The position numbers and the translations under genes were made by a program. From Nostoc sp. DedSLP01 (lineage in GTDB: Bacteria > Cyanobacteriota > Cyanobacteriia > Cyanobacteriales > Nostocaceae): 26,436 nucleotides of DNA. The notes under the pieces are model-generated. The model made no database searches, was not told where the DNA came from, and was given only the letters and a program-made list of their open reading frames with translations. Every line of letters starts with the position of its first letter. Position 1 is the stretch's first letter. Location of the stretch: NCBI GenBank assembly GCA_034530875.2, contig JAVRCJ020000065.1, forward strand, positions 1 to 26,436. Reading direction: 5' to 3'. This document shows, in pieces, positions 1 through 9,604 of the stretch.

Positions 1-39
1 TTTTACTCCCCACAACTCTTGCTCTTATTACTTTACTTG

Positions 40-110
40 GACTTGTGTGTACACCGTAGCCTTGGCAAGGGGAGGGGCGGTTTTGGCTTTAGACAAAACT
101 GGGGTGGGGT
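40..110. repeat. Probable right end of a Nostocales MITE-like element (GACTTGTGTGTACACCGTAG) followed by a G-rich repeat fragment
   Basis: 40..59 is the reverse complement of CTACGGTGTACACACAAGTC, a terminal repeat I recall from Nostoc intergenic DNA. The partner end would lie outside the window. Confidence 0.4.
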
Positions 111-144
111 GATGCAGATTTTGATGGTAAGTTAGAAAACTGAA

Positions 145-230
145 TAAGTAGGCAGACATAATTAAATATAAAATCCAAAAGGGCGAAACCTTTTACTATC
201 GAGGGTTTTACCTCCTGCCTCCTGCCTTCT
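145..230. repeat. Dispersed repeat, copy 1 (TAAGTAGGCAGACATAATT...CTCCTGCCTCC)
   Basis: 145..222 matches 7064..7141 at 74/78 positions by direct comparison. Both copies end in CTGCCTTCT. Confidence 0.9.
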
Positions 231-231
231 C

Positions 232-540
232 CTAACTATTTTCTTGCCTAAATAATTCCACTAAACCAACCGTACCTACAAAAAAAGTATAAATCCCATA
301 TTGGAATGGTAGTTTACTTTTTGACCTGGCAAAAATAGCTGCTATTATTCCTTCAAATAAATGAGCTATAAGTGCAAATCTTGCTAGCCATAAAATTGGA
401 GTAAGATTCTCAGGAATTTCATCAATATTTAACAGCCCAAAAATGTTTCCTAGTTCTAACACTATTGCACTAGTAATTAAAACTATAGATAAAATTTTTA
501 TAAACCCAGCTATTTTTTGCCCAATTTCACTTAAACTCAT
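232..540 (-). CDS. Small hypothetical membrane protein (about 3 hydrophobic segments)
   Basis: ORF 232..546, with an ATG at 540. Hydrophobic stretches include ILSIVLITSAIVL, LARFALIAHLFEGIIAAIFA and YGIYTFFVGTVGL. Confidence 0.7.
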   Translation of the reverse strand: MSLSEIGQKIAGFIKILSIVLITSAIVLELGNIFGLLNIDEIPENLTPILWLARFALIAHLFEGIIAAIFARSKSKLPFQYGIYTFFVGTVGLVELFRQENS

Positions 541-596
541 GCTCAAATCAGATAATTGTTGTTTAACTTGCCAATTTTGTTGCCAATTTTAAATTC

Positions 597-660
597 AAGA
601 GAAATAAAAGAATTCAGAATTATGACTCCTGAATTCTGAATTCTAAATTCAATTTCTCTT
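597..660. terminator. Long hairpin built from CTGAATT heptamers, downstream of the dienelactone hydrolase gene
   Basis: AGAATTCAGAATT (609..621) pairs with AATTCTGAATTCT (632..644). Outer arms are AAGAGAAAT (597..605) and ATTTCTCTT (652..660). Confidence 0.6.
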
Positions 661-661
661 T

Positions 662-1507
662 CTAGCGACTGGGTGTGGCATTGTGTTTTTCAAACCACGC
701 TAAAAGGCGTTGCCAACCGTCCTTGGCTTCTTTCTGGCGGTAGGAGGGACGATAATCAGCAAAAAATGCGTGGGGTGCATTGGGATAGACGATGATTTCA
801 GATTTGCTGCTGCTTGACTTCAAGCCATCGCGCATTTGCTCTACTGTATCTAAAGGAATACCTGTATCCTGGCCGCCATAGAGTCCTAAAACTGGAACTG
901 TCAGTTGTGAGGCAATATCAACGGGATACTTGGGCTGAAGTTCGGTAGCATCGCCCACGAGTCGCCCATACCACGCCACACCCGCTTTGACGTTGGGATT
1001 GTGTGCGGCGTATAGCCAGACAATGCGACCGCCCCAACAAAAGCCTGTAATCGCTACTTTGTTGCCATTACCCTTGGCTGATTTCACAGCCCAGTCTAGC
1101 GTGGCGTCAAGGTCTGATAATACTTGATTATCTGGAACTTTGGCAACAATTGGGCGAATTTCGTCGATTTTGCTTAACTTTGAGACATCACCTTGACGCA
1201 CAAACAATTCTGGAGCGATCGCTAAATAGCCCAACTTGGCAAAGCGGCGAGTGATATCCTGAATATGCTCGTGTACGCCAAAGATTTCCTGAATCACCAG
1301 AACAATTGGGAAATTCTCACCAGTATCGGGTACTGCTCTATAAGCTGGAATTTCGCCATCTTTAACGGGAATTTTGACTGCACCAGCTACCAATCCCTTG
1401 GTATCAGTGGTGATGACTCCAGCAGAAATCGGTTGCACTGCCAAAGCAAAACCCGTCGCCAAGGTGGCTGTGGCGATAAATTTGCGGCGAGTTATTTCTT
1501 CGATCAT
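662..1507 (-). CDS. Dienelactone hydrolase family protein (carboxymethylenebutenolidase-like) with a Tat-type signal peptide
   Basis: Motifs: QEIFG, the nucleophile motif GFCWGG, Asp in GQDTGIP and His in APHAF. The N-terminus has TRRKFI followed by a hydrophobic stretch. Confidence 0.9.
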   Translation of the reverse strand: MIEEITRRKFIATATLATGFALAVQPISAGVITTDTKGLVAGAVKIPVKDGEIPAYRAVPDTGENFPIVLVIQEIFGVHEHIQDITRRFAKLGYLAIAPELFVRQGDVSKLSKIDEIRPIVAKVPDNQVLSDLDATLDWAVKSAKGNGNKVAITGFCWGGRIVWLYAAHNPNVKAGVAWYGRLVGDATELQPKYPVDIASQLTVPVLGLYGGQDTGIPLDTVEQMRDGLKSSSSKSEIIVYPNAPHAFFADYRPSYRQKEAKDGWQRLLAWFEKHNATPSR

Positions 1508-1612
1508 CTCTACCTTGAATTGGTGAAAACTTCGTTGTTTGTTATCCGTACAGTACTATAAAATAAATACTACGCTTTCGCAATCAGGATAATGGGGTAT
1601 CTAATTTAGGCA

Positions 1613-2134
1613 TTATTTTTCCCGATTTATCCAATTTTCTCCCCCAGCTAATTGGCTGAGATAATCATCCATAATTGCTGGTAATTCCTTTGCTGAATAA
1701 GTATATGTTAAACCCAACAAATTAGTTGCTGTGGTTATAATCTGTTTTTTATCTAACATTGCTGACAATTGAGAGCGAGTGTATTTGCCATTCATAACTT
1801 CTTCGCTGGCATCTGCGATCGCATCCTCTATAACTTCCTCTTCTATCAAGTTCTCCCATTCATCTAAATTGATATAATAGGATGTTTTATTATCTTTAAT
1901 ATTCAGCTTTTTAATTTCTCGAATAGAATTCCGAATCGAAGCCGCCCAAGAGTTTGTTAATCTCTGTTCTAGTTGGTTTTTAATTAGATGAATTAGTAAA
2001 ACTCTTAAATAACTTTGGATATTACGTAGAATAGCTTGTTTACTCATGCCCTCTAATTCATCAACAATTGCCAAGGCATCTGCATAACGCCCTTCTAAAA
2101 TACAAGTTCTGAGGTCTATTAATTCTTGTGTCAT
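1613..2134 (-). CDS. DUF29 family protein
   Basis: Pattern ELEGMSK...L.VLLIHLIK...NSWAASIRNS. The ATG at 2134 is preceded by an SD-like GAGG. Confidence 0.8.
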   Translation of the reverse strand: MTQELIDLRTCILEGRYADALAIVDELEGMSKQAILRNIQSYLRVLLIHLIKNQLEQRLTNSWAASIRNSIREIKKLNIKDNKTSYYINLDEWENLIEEEVIEDAIADASEEVMNGKYTRSQLSAMLDKKQIITTATNLLGLTYTYSAKELPAIMDDYLSQLAGGENWINREK

Positions 2135-2859
2135 TTTGATTAACCTCAAAAAATTATCATCCTAATTTCAATATAACAATGGCATATACTAATGTTATTC
2201 GCATTAGTATATGACAAATACGTAAATCAGGATTTGTTGGTATTTAAAATTACTACAAATGAGAAAAATACAGCCTTTTTTTGGTGCTTTCTCTCTTTTG
2301 AGTGTGGTTATTATTCTTCGATAATCGGTTAATTGATTTGTGGAAACCGTTTATATTTTTCTCTAAGCAGCAAATATTCAGAATTTATTGTATAAACAAA
2401 TGCTAGTAACTAGCAGGATAGATGAATAAGACTAAAATTTAAATATTCTTAACAGATATCAGGAAAATAGTAACTGATTTAATGAATGAAGCCACTGCAA
2501 TCTATGAATTCCAGGGACAGTTGATGTCATAGATGTCCAAGACAGCGGTTATTCATTACTGAGAACTATTTCGCTAATTATGATACCAACAAAAGATGAT
2601 GGCGACATCTAGAAAGCTGAAAATATGATTCAGTAAATGTTTGACAATCGGTTTTGGAAAATTCTGTGCCCAGAAAACCTTCCGCAGCCTGTGGTAAGCC
2701 GCACAAACATCTACAGACTTTCGGCAAAATCTGAAATCCAAAATACAAAAATGATATAAGATATCGCCAAGTTGTTGGAAATTAAATATACCAAGAGTTA
2801 ATCTGTTATTTTTAACAATTAGCTTGCTAGTACTTAAGTTTATATAGAGTGCCAAATAT

Positions 2860-4545
2860 ATGGGACAAGGTTTTTTACAAATTGGCTTAACGCTGTGTAT
2901 CGTTGTAGCAATTACTCCGGTATTGGGAAGATACATAGCGCGTGTTTTCTTGGGAGAAAGAACGCTCCTTGATTTCCTAATGAACCCGATAGAGCGAAGT
3001 ATCTACGTACTCGCGGGTGTCCGCAGAAAAGATGATATGACGGGCTGGCAGTATATCCGGGCTGTAATATTCACTAATTTGATTATGGGTATTTCAGTAT
3101 ATTTACTGCTATATTTTCAAAGGTTCTTACCCTGGAATCCTAACGGCTTGGGTGGAATTAATTGGAGTATATTACTACACACAACTGTTTCCTTTTTAAC
3201 TAATACTGACCAGCAACATTATGCTGGTGAGACAACCTTAAGTTATTTTAGCCAGGTAGCGGCTTTAGGCTTTTTGATGTTTACCTCCGCAGCTACCGGG
3301 TTAGCAGTGGGAATTGCTTTTATTCGGGGGTTGACGGGTAGACGACTGGGTAACTTTTACGTCGATCTCACTCGTGCTATTACGCGGATATTACTACCAA
3401 TTTCTATTATTAGCGCGATCGCCTTGGTTGTAGTCGGCGTACCGCAAACATTAGCTAAGACTATGGATGTGACCACCTTGGAAGGAGGAACCCAGTATAT
3501 TGCTAGAGGCCCGGTGGCATCCTTTGAGGCAATTAAAATGTTGGGCGAGAATGGCGGCGGCTTTTTTGGTGCTAATTCTGCCCATCCCTTTGAAAATCCC
3601 AATGGCGCTTCTAATTTAATCGAAATGGTTGCGATGATTGCCATTCCAGCAGCCTTGATTTACACTTATGGCGTGTTTGCTAACAATATCAAACAAGCAT
3701 GGCTGCTTTTCTGGATGGTGTTTGTAGTCTTTGTAGTTCTGGTTGGAGTCGCAGCCGTAGGAGAACTGCAAGGTAATCCCCTGGTTAACAACGCCATTGG
3801 ATTAGAACAGCCGAATTTAGAGGGTAAAGAAGTCCGATTTGGTTGGGCAGAAACGGCATTTTGGGCAGTTATGACTACCGCTACTATGTGCGGTGCTGTG
3901 AACGGAATGCACGATTCTTTAATGCCACAGGGAATATTTTCGACTCTCTTCAACTTGTTTATCCAAATTATCTGGGGTGGTCAAGGAACTGGAACAGCTT
4001 ACTTATTTATTTACTTAATTCTCACCGTTTTTCTGACTGGGCTAATGGTAGGACGTACCCCAGAATTCTTGGGACGCAAAATTGAAAAACGAGAAATCGT
4101 CCTCGCCAGCGTAGTACTGTTAATTCACCCAATTGTAGTTTTAATTCCCAGCGCGATCGCCCTAGCTTATCCAATTTCCCTAGCTGGAATTAGCAATCCT
4201 GGCTATCACGGCATTTCCCAAGTAGTTTATGAATATGCCTCAGCCGGCGCAAATAATGGTTCTGGCTTAGAAGGATTGAAAGATAGCAGCCTTTGGTGGA
4301 ACTTAAGTACTGTAGTTAGCTTGATAATAGGACGCTACATCCCAATATTTGCTATCCTCCTGTTAGCAGACGGAATGTCTCGCAAACAACAAGTACAAGA
4401 AACCCCTGGTACCTTGAGAACTGATTCTTTGGTATTTATCGGTATCGTCGCTGGAGTCACACTAGTTTTGGGAGTGTTAACTTTCTTTCCCGTTCTGGCT
4501 TTAGGCCCTATAGCTGAAGGCTTACAACTAGGATCTGGCAGTTAA
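2860..4545 (+). CDS. kdpA: K+-transporting ATPase, potassium-binding subunit A
   Basis: Motifs [46 protein letters not shown] and ANNGSG. Confidence 0.98.
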   Translation: MGQGFLQIGLTLCIVVAITPVLGRYIARVFLGERTLLDFLMNPIERSIYVLAGVRRKDDMTGWQYIRAVIFTNLIMGISVYLLLYFQRFLPWNPNGLGGINWSILLHTTVSFLTNTDQQHYAGETTLSYFSQVAALGFLMFTSAATGLAVGIAFIRGLTGRRLGNFYVDLTRAITRILLPISIISAIALVVVGVPQTLAKTMDVTTLEGGTQYIARGPVASFEAIKMLGENGGGFFGANSAHPFENPNGASNLIEMVAMIAIPAALIYTYGVFANNIKQAWLLFWMVFVVFVVLVGVAAVGELQGNPLVNNAIGLEQPNLEGKEVRFGWAETAFWAVMTTATMCGAVNGMHDSLMPQGIFSTLFNLFIQIIWGGQGTGTAYLFIYLILTVFLTGLMVGRTPEFLGRKIEKREIVLASVVLLIHPIVVLIPSAIALAYPISLAGISNPGYHGISQVVYEYASAGANNGSGLEGLKDSSLWWNLSTVVSLIIGRYIPIFAILLLADGMSRKQQVQETPGTLRTDSLVFIGIVAGVTLVLGVLTFFPVLALGPIAEGLQLGSGS

Positions 4546-4563
4546 AAACTAAACAATTTAGGA

Positions 4564-4809
4564 GTAGAGACGCGATGAATCAATACGGTTCGGTTAAGAT
4601 CCCCCCGCCTACGGCGACCCCCTTAAAAAGGGGGTAAAAGAGGGTTGTAAGCCCCCCTTAAAAAGGGGGGTTGGGGGGATCTTCGAGGATTAAACATGTT
4701 AACCGAACGTATTAGGCGATTTATCGCGTCTCTACCTCACTCTTGTACAGACGTAATGAATCGCGTCTCTACCTCACTCTTGTACAGACGCGATTTATCG
4801 CGTCTCTCC
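4564..4809. repeat. Cluster of three REP-like palindromes GTA(G/C)AGACG..AT..ATCGCGTCTCT; the first is interrupted by a MITE
   Basis: Copies at 4564..4580 + 4716..4735 (split), 4745..4772 and 4782..4807. The last two lie in a 37-bp tandem duplication (4736..4772, 4773..4809). Confidence 0.85.
4581..4714. mobile_element. MITE-like element (~134 bp) with ~18-bp terminal inverted repeats
   Basis: Left end CAATACGGTTCGGTTAAG; right end GTTAACCGAAC-GTATTA (imperfect reverse complement). Flanks CGCGATGAAT and GGCGATTTAT match 7/10, like a decayed target duplication. Internal CCCCCTTAAAAAGGGGG hairpins at 4618..4634 and 4652..4670. Confidence 0.8.
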
Positions 4810-4854
4810 TCACTTTAATTTCTAACTTCTAACTTTTAACTCTAACTTTTCTTT

Positions 4855-6960
4855 ATGAATAAAGCGGCAACTACCTCGAAAGCTAGACGCCCAAATTCTC
4901 GTCCTGGCGATCGCCGCCAAGCACGTAAAAAAGCTAGAATCTCTAAGAAATGGCTGTATTTAAGAGCAGCTAGAGATGCTTTTATTAAGCTGAATCCTAA
5001 GTATGCAATTAAAAATCCAGTGATATTTTTGGTTTGGGTAGGAACGATTGTAACTATATTAGTAACCATCGATCCCAACTTATTTGGCCCAGTCAACCAA
5101 AAGAACCCGCAACTGTTCAACGGCTTATTATCGGGAATTTTATTCTTTACAGTTTGGTTTGCTAATTTTGCTGAAGCCGTAGCTGAAGGACGGGGAAAAG
5201 CTCAAGCTAATGCCTTGCGGTCTACAAAAGCAGAAACCATCGCTAAAAAACTCGCTACCGACGGTACAGTTAGCGAAGTTTCATCCACCAGCCTCAGACA
5301 AGGCGATACCATCTACGTAGTTGCTGGCGATATTATACCCGCTGATGGCGAAGTAATTATGGGTATTGCATCCGTAGATGAATCGGCAATTACTGGAGAA
5401 TCAGCACCAGTATTAAAAGAATCAGGCTCCGATGTTGCCAGTTCCGTCACTGGTGGAACGCGGGTTATCTCAGACGAATTGATTATTCGGGTTACATCTG
5501 ACCCAGGTAAAGGTTTTATTGACAGAATGATTGCCTTGGTAGAAGGCGCAGAACGTAGCAAAACCCCCAATGAAATTGCCCTGACGGTGTTGCTGGCAGT
5601 TCTCAGTTTAATATTTTTGTTTGTCGTGGTGACAATACCCGCCTTTGCCTATTATGTCAATAGTCCCGTTAGCGTCCCACTGTTGGTTGCCCTGTTAGTA
5701 GCATTGATTCCCACCACCATCAGCGGCTTACTGAGTACCATCGGCATTGCTGGTATGGATAGAGTTGCGCAATATAACCTCATTGCCACCTCAGGACGAG
5801 CCGTAGAAACCTCTGGTGATATCAACACTTTAGTTCTCGATAAGACAGGTACAATCACCCTTGGTAACCGTTTGGCGGAAGAATTTATCCCGATAAACGG
5901 TCATACGATGCTGGAAATTGCTAGTATTGCCTGGGCAGCGAGTGTATTTGATGATACGCCAGAAGGTAAATCTATTGTCCGACTGGCAGAAAAGTTAGGC
6001 GCACGCTTTGATTTTGACTCTAGCCACGCCCAAGGGGTGGAATTTTCTCCGAAAACACGCATGAGTGGTACGAATTTACCCGGCGGATATGAGGCTAGAA
6101 AGGGAGCAGTAGCAGCAATTAAAGGATTTGTCCGTTCCCGTAATGGAAGGGATACCCCAGAACTAGATGCAGCCTACGAAAGAGTTTCTCGTCTGGGAGG
6201 TACGCCCTTAGCAGTCAGCCTCGATAACGAAATCTACGGGGTTATTTATCTTAAGGATATTGTTAAACCTGGTATCCGCGATCGCTTCGATCAACTGCGA
6301 CGCATGGGAGTGCGTACCATCATGCTAACTGGCGATAACCAGATTACAGCTTCCGTAATCGCCAGAGAAGCCGGAGTCGATGACTTCATTGCCGAAGCCA
6401 CACCAGAAGATAAAATCAGCGTTATTCAAAAAGAACAAGCAGCAGGTAAACTAGTTGCCATGACAGGCGATGGAACTAACGATGCTCCAGCATTAGCGCA
6501 AGCTAACCTCAGCGTCGCCATGAATACAGGAACCCAAGCTGCAAAAGAAGCCGCCAACATGGTAGATTTGGACTCCGATCCCACAAAATTAATCGATATT
6601 GTCAGCATTGGCAAACAATTGTTGATTACTCGTGGCGCATTGACTGCATTTTCCATCGCTAATGATATTGCGAAATACTTTGCAATTATTCCAGCAATCT
6701 TTGCAGCTGCTAACCTGCAAGGCATGAATATTATGAGTTTGACTAGTCCTAATTCTGCTGTATTATCAGCACTGATTTACAATGCTTTGATTATTCCAGT
6801 CTTAATTCCCTTAGCTTTGAAAGGCGTTCAGTTTAGACCCTTAACAACTAATCAGCTATTACAACGTAACGTCTTAATTTATGGCTTAGGCGGGCTAATT
6901 GTACCGTTTATCGCCATTAAATTAATAGATTTGCTAATTACAGTTGTAGGTTTAGCTTAA
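4855..6960 (+). CDS. kdpB: K+-transporting P-type ATPase subunit B
   Basis: Motifs TGES, DKTGT (phosphorylation site), [17 protein letters not shown] and ANDIAKYF. Confidence 0.98.
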   Translation: MNKAATTSKARRPNSRPGDRRQARKKARISKKWLYLRAARDAFIKLNPKYAIKNPVIFLVWVGTIVTILVTIDPNLFGPVNQKNPQLFNGLLSGILFFTVWFANFAEAVAEGRGKAQANALRSTKAETIAKKLATDGTVSEVSSTSLRQGDTIYVVAGDIIPADGEVIMGIASVDESAITGESAPVLKESGSDVASSVTGGTRVISDELIIRVTSDPGKGFIDRMIALVEGAERSKTPNEIALTVLLAVLSLIFLFVVVTIPAFAYYVNSPVSVPLLVALLVALIPTTISGLLSTIGIAGMDRVAQYNLIATSGRAVETSGDINTLVLDKTGTITLGNRLAEEFIPINGHTMLEIASIAWAASVFDDTPEGKSIVRLAEKLGARFDFDSSHAQGVEFSPKTRMSGTNLPGGYEARKGAVAAIKGFVRSRNGRDTPELDAAYERVSRLGGTPLAVSLDNEIYGVIYLKDIVKPGIRDRFDQLRRMGVRTIMLTGDNQITASVIAREAGVDDFIAEATPEDKISVIQKEQAAGKLVAMTGDGTNDAPALAQANLSVAMNTGTQAAKEAANMVDLDSDPTKLIDIVSIGKQLLITRGALTAFSIANDIAKYFAIIPAIFAAANLQGMNIMSLTSPNSAVLSALIYNALIIPVLIPLALKGVQFRPLTTNQLLQRNVLIYGLGGLIVPFIAIKLIDLLITVVGLA

Positions 6961-7063
6961 AAATAGCAAAAGAAACAAGAAGGGAAAAGGGATGAATAAA
7001 CAAGTCGCCCACAAACGCCGAGGTTTTTATCTTTCCCCCTTCCCCTTTCTGAGAAACAATATC

Positions 7064-7158
7064 TAAGTAGGCAGACATAATTAAATGTAAAATCCAAAAG
7101 GGCGAAACCTTTTAATATTAAGGGTTTTACCTCCTGCCTCCAGCAAGAACTGCCTTCT
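7064..7158. repeat. Dispersed repeat, copy 2
   Basis: 74/78 identical to 145..222, with an extra AGCAAGAAC before the terminal TGCCTTCT. Confidence 0.9.
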
Positions 7159-7160
7159 AG

Positions 7161-7247
7161 TTACTACTCGCTATTTTTAGCTTGCTGTGTTTGAATGTGG
7201 TAGTTCTCAAAATTATTGATGCTGTCAACAGCATCCTATTTGGCTAA
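7161..7247 (+). pseudogene. Probable remnant of the cyanobacterial kdpG/kdpF-like small subunit gene
   Basis: Translates as LLLAIFSLLCLNVVVLKIIDAVNSILFG*, preceded by an in-frame TAG. It lies between kdpB and kdpC, where Anabaena kdpG sits, and resembles the LPL..F..LCLN.VV pattern I recall for that family. Confidence 0.5.
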
Positions 7248-7300
7248 AAATTAAAAATTAAAATAAAAAATTAATTTTAGGAGCAAGTGGAAAATTTATT

Positions 7301-7903
7301 ATGGCTATTATTCGAGAAACAATCAGAGCAATTTTCATCACTCTGATGCTTTGGTTGTTGACAGGGATCGTCTATCCTCTAATAATCCTTGTAGTAGGTC
7401 AAACTTTTTTGCCCTACCAAGCTAACGGTAGCATTGTGCAAAAGTTAACTACTGGTGAACCAATTGGTTCGGCTTTGATTGGTCAAATTTTCACCGAAGA
7501 GCGATATTTTCATCCTCGTCCTAGCACTGTTAGATATAGCCAAGGCAAAAAAGCCAGACCAACTGGCATATCTGGAGCTAGCAATCTCGCGCCTAGCAAT
7601 CCAGAACTACTCAATAGAATTGTAGAGCAGTCAAATCAATTGCGAGACGAAAATCTTCAAGCGATCGCTGATATTATTTACACCTCTGGTTCGGGTTTAG
7701 ATCCCCACATATCTATCAGAGCAGCACGCCAGCAATTGGAGCGAGTAGCTCGTGCCCGTGGAGTTGCAGAAGAAGAAATTTTACGTCAAATTAATAAGTT
7801 TACTGATGACAGATTTTTATGGATTTTTGGCGAACCTGGCGTTAACATTCTCCGATTAAATAATGCTCTTGACGTGCAAGATTTTTCTCGTGAGAAAAAT
7901 TAG
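7301..7903 (+). CDS. kdpC: K+-transporting ATPase subunit C
   Basis: Motifs QANGS, GSALIGQ.F, YFHPRPS, SGASNLAPSNP, TSGSGLDPHIS and GEPGVNILRLN. SD AGGAG lies upstream. Confidence 0.97.
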   Translation: MAIIRETIRAIFITLMLWLLTGIVYPLIILVVGQTFLPYQANGSIVQKLTTGEPIGSALIGQIFTEERYFHPRPSTVRYSQGKKARPTGISGASNLAPSNPELLNRIVEQSNQLRDENLQAIADIIYTSGSGLDPHISIRAARQQLERVARARGVAEEEILRQINKFTDDRFLWIFGEPGVNILRLNNALDVQDFSREKN

Positions 7904-8066
7904 TAGGTATTGCGCATGGGTAAAGAGGATAAGCGGACAAAGTGAAAGATTTATTGCAAGTTTTCTCCTTGTCCCTTGTCTTTCCTACCCCTTTCCCCCT
8001 CTACTCCCCATCTTTCCACCTCTTCATTCGCTGCAACACAAGTGTTTTATAGCTGCTAAAAGTTAG

Positions 8067-9215
8067 ATGTCAGATAATACCAATTTAACTGGGAATTTAC
8101 CTTTAAATTCTGCAAGTTACTCGCTTTATCCAACACGACGGGGTAAGCATAAAATCTTTATTGGTATGGCTCCTGGCGTAGGCAAAACCTACCGGATGCT
8201 GGAAGAAGGACACGCACTCAAACAAGAGGGAATTGATGTCGTTGTTGGGCTTTTGGAAACCCACGGACGTAAAGAAACAGCAGAAAAGGCACAAGGGTTG
8301 GAAATTGTACCCCGCAAGCAATATCCTCGCAGTGAGTTGATGCTAACCGACATGGATACAGATGCTATTTTAAAGCGATCGCCCCAATTAGCATTAATCG
8401 ATGAACTTGCCCATACCAATGTCCCTGGTGCCCCACGTGAAAAACGCTACGAAGATGTAGAACTAGTCTTAGCAGCAGGTATCGATGTCTACTCGACAAT
8501 GAATGTGCAACATCTGGAAAGTCTCAATGACTTAGTAGCCAGAATTACAGGTGTAGTAGTCCGCGAACGAGTTCCTGACAGGATTCTGGATGAAGCAGAC
8601 GAAGTAGTGGTAGTGGATGTCACACCAGAAACGCTACAAGAACGATTATTAGAAGGCAAAATTTACGCGTCGGAAAAAATCCAACAATCCCTCGATAACT
8701 TTTTCCAACGTCGTAATCTAATAGCTTTGCGCGAGTTGGCTTTGCGGGAAGTTGCAGACAACATAGAAGAAAACGCGATCGCCACTACTCCCAATGGACA
8801 ATTTTGTAACATCCACGAACGAGTTTTAGTCTGTGTATCTACTTATCCCAATTCAGTGCAACTATTACGTCGTGGTGCAAGACTTGCTAACTACATGAAT
8901 GCACCGCTGTATACTTTATTTGTTGCCGATCCAGAACGCTTCTTGACTAAAGAGGAAAGTTTACACATTCATAATTGTGAAAAATTGTGTAAAGAATTTG
9001 AAGGCACTTTTATTCGCGTAACTAATAGTAACGTGGCTAATGCGATCGCCGAAACAGCAGAGAAATATCGCATTACTCAAATTGTAATTGGCGAAAGTCA
9101 GCGATCGCGCTGGCAAATACTTTTGAAAGGATCTTTAACCCAAAAATTAGTTCGCTTGCTCAAAAACATTGATTTACATATCATTGCCAGCGAAAAAATA
9201 ATTTCACCTAAATAA
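8067..9215 (+). CDS. kdpD: Short KdpD (N-terminal KdpD domain plus Usp domain; no transmembrane or kinase domain)
   Basis: Motifs GMAPGVGKTY, ETHGRKET, DELAHTN, NVQHLESLND and ALRELALR, then a Usp-like ERVLVCVS...IVIGES. 382 aa. Confidence 0.93.
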   Translation: MSDNTNLTGNLPLNSASYSLYPTRRGKHKIFIGMAPGVGKTYRMLEEGHALKQEGIDVVVGLLETHGRKETAEKAQGLEIVPRKQYPRSELMLTDMDTDAILKRSPQLALIDELAHTNVPGAPREKRYEDVELVLAAGIDVYSTMNVQHLESLNDLVARITGVVVRERVPDRILDEADEVVVVDVTPETLQERLLEGKIYASEKIQQSLDNFFQRRNLIALRELALREVADNIEENAIATTPNGQFCNIHERVLVCVSTYPNSVQLLRRGARLANYMNAPLYTLFVADPERFLTKEESLHIHNCEKLCKEFEGTFIRVTNSNVANAIAETAEKYRITQIVIGESQRSRWQILLKGSLTQKLVRLLKNIDLHIIASEKIISPK

Positions 9216-9238
9216 AATTTAGTCAGACAATAACTTTT

Positions 9239-9289
9239 ATTAATAAATATATAACCTTTTCTTAAACAAGTATGTATAGATTTTAAAAT
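9239..9289 (+). promoter_or_regulatory. Candidate SphR/Pho box and -10 element upstream of phoA
   Basis: ATTAATAA (9239), TATAACCT (9250) and CTTAAACA (9261) have an 11-bp period and resemble PyTTAAPyPy(T/A). TAAAAT follows at 9284..9289. The context is AT-rich, so the match is weak. Confidence 0.35.
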
Positions 9290-9604
9290 TGTTGGCTTTC
9301 TAATTTATTCCCCAGAAATAAATTAATTAAAGGTCAATCAAATGAAATGAACTGAAGAGGCAACTTTTTTCTTACCTTCTTCCCTCTGTCTTCTGCCTTG
9401 CCAGAAAAGCAGATAATTTTTCCTGGTAAAAACCATTTATTTACATGGTTAAATTCACAGGACTTTGTATTTTTGGGTAAATAAAACAAAACTCCAAAAA
9501 AGAGTTAAATACGCGATTGTTGCATCAAATTTTCCAGTGACAGCAACTAGTTTCAGATTGAAAATTTCCGCCATTTTGTCAAAATTCTGCACAAGGGAAA
9601 TAGT

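Noticed and set aside
2240..2253. GTA-N8-TAC as a possible NtcA site
   Set aside because: There is no -10 element at the canonical spacing toward the nearby DUF29 gene, and such matches are expected by chance in AT-rich DNA.
2574..2936. 120-aa minus-strand ORF upstream of kdpA
   Set aside because: It overlaps the kdpA start antisense, runs through promoter DNA and a degenerate repeat-like stretch (~2686..2714), and has no recognisable motif.
4736..4809. 37-bp repeats as a possible CRISPR array
   Set aside because: The units are directly adjacent with no unique spacers, there are only 2-3 copies, and no cas genes are present. They are REP-like palindromes.
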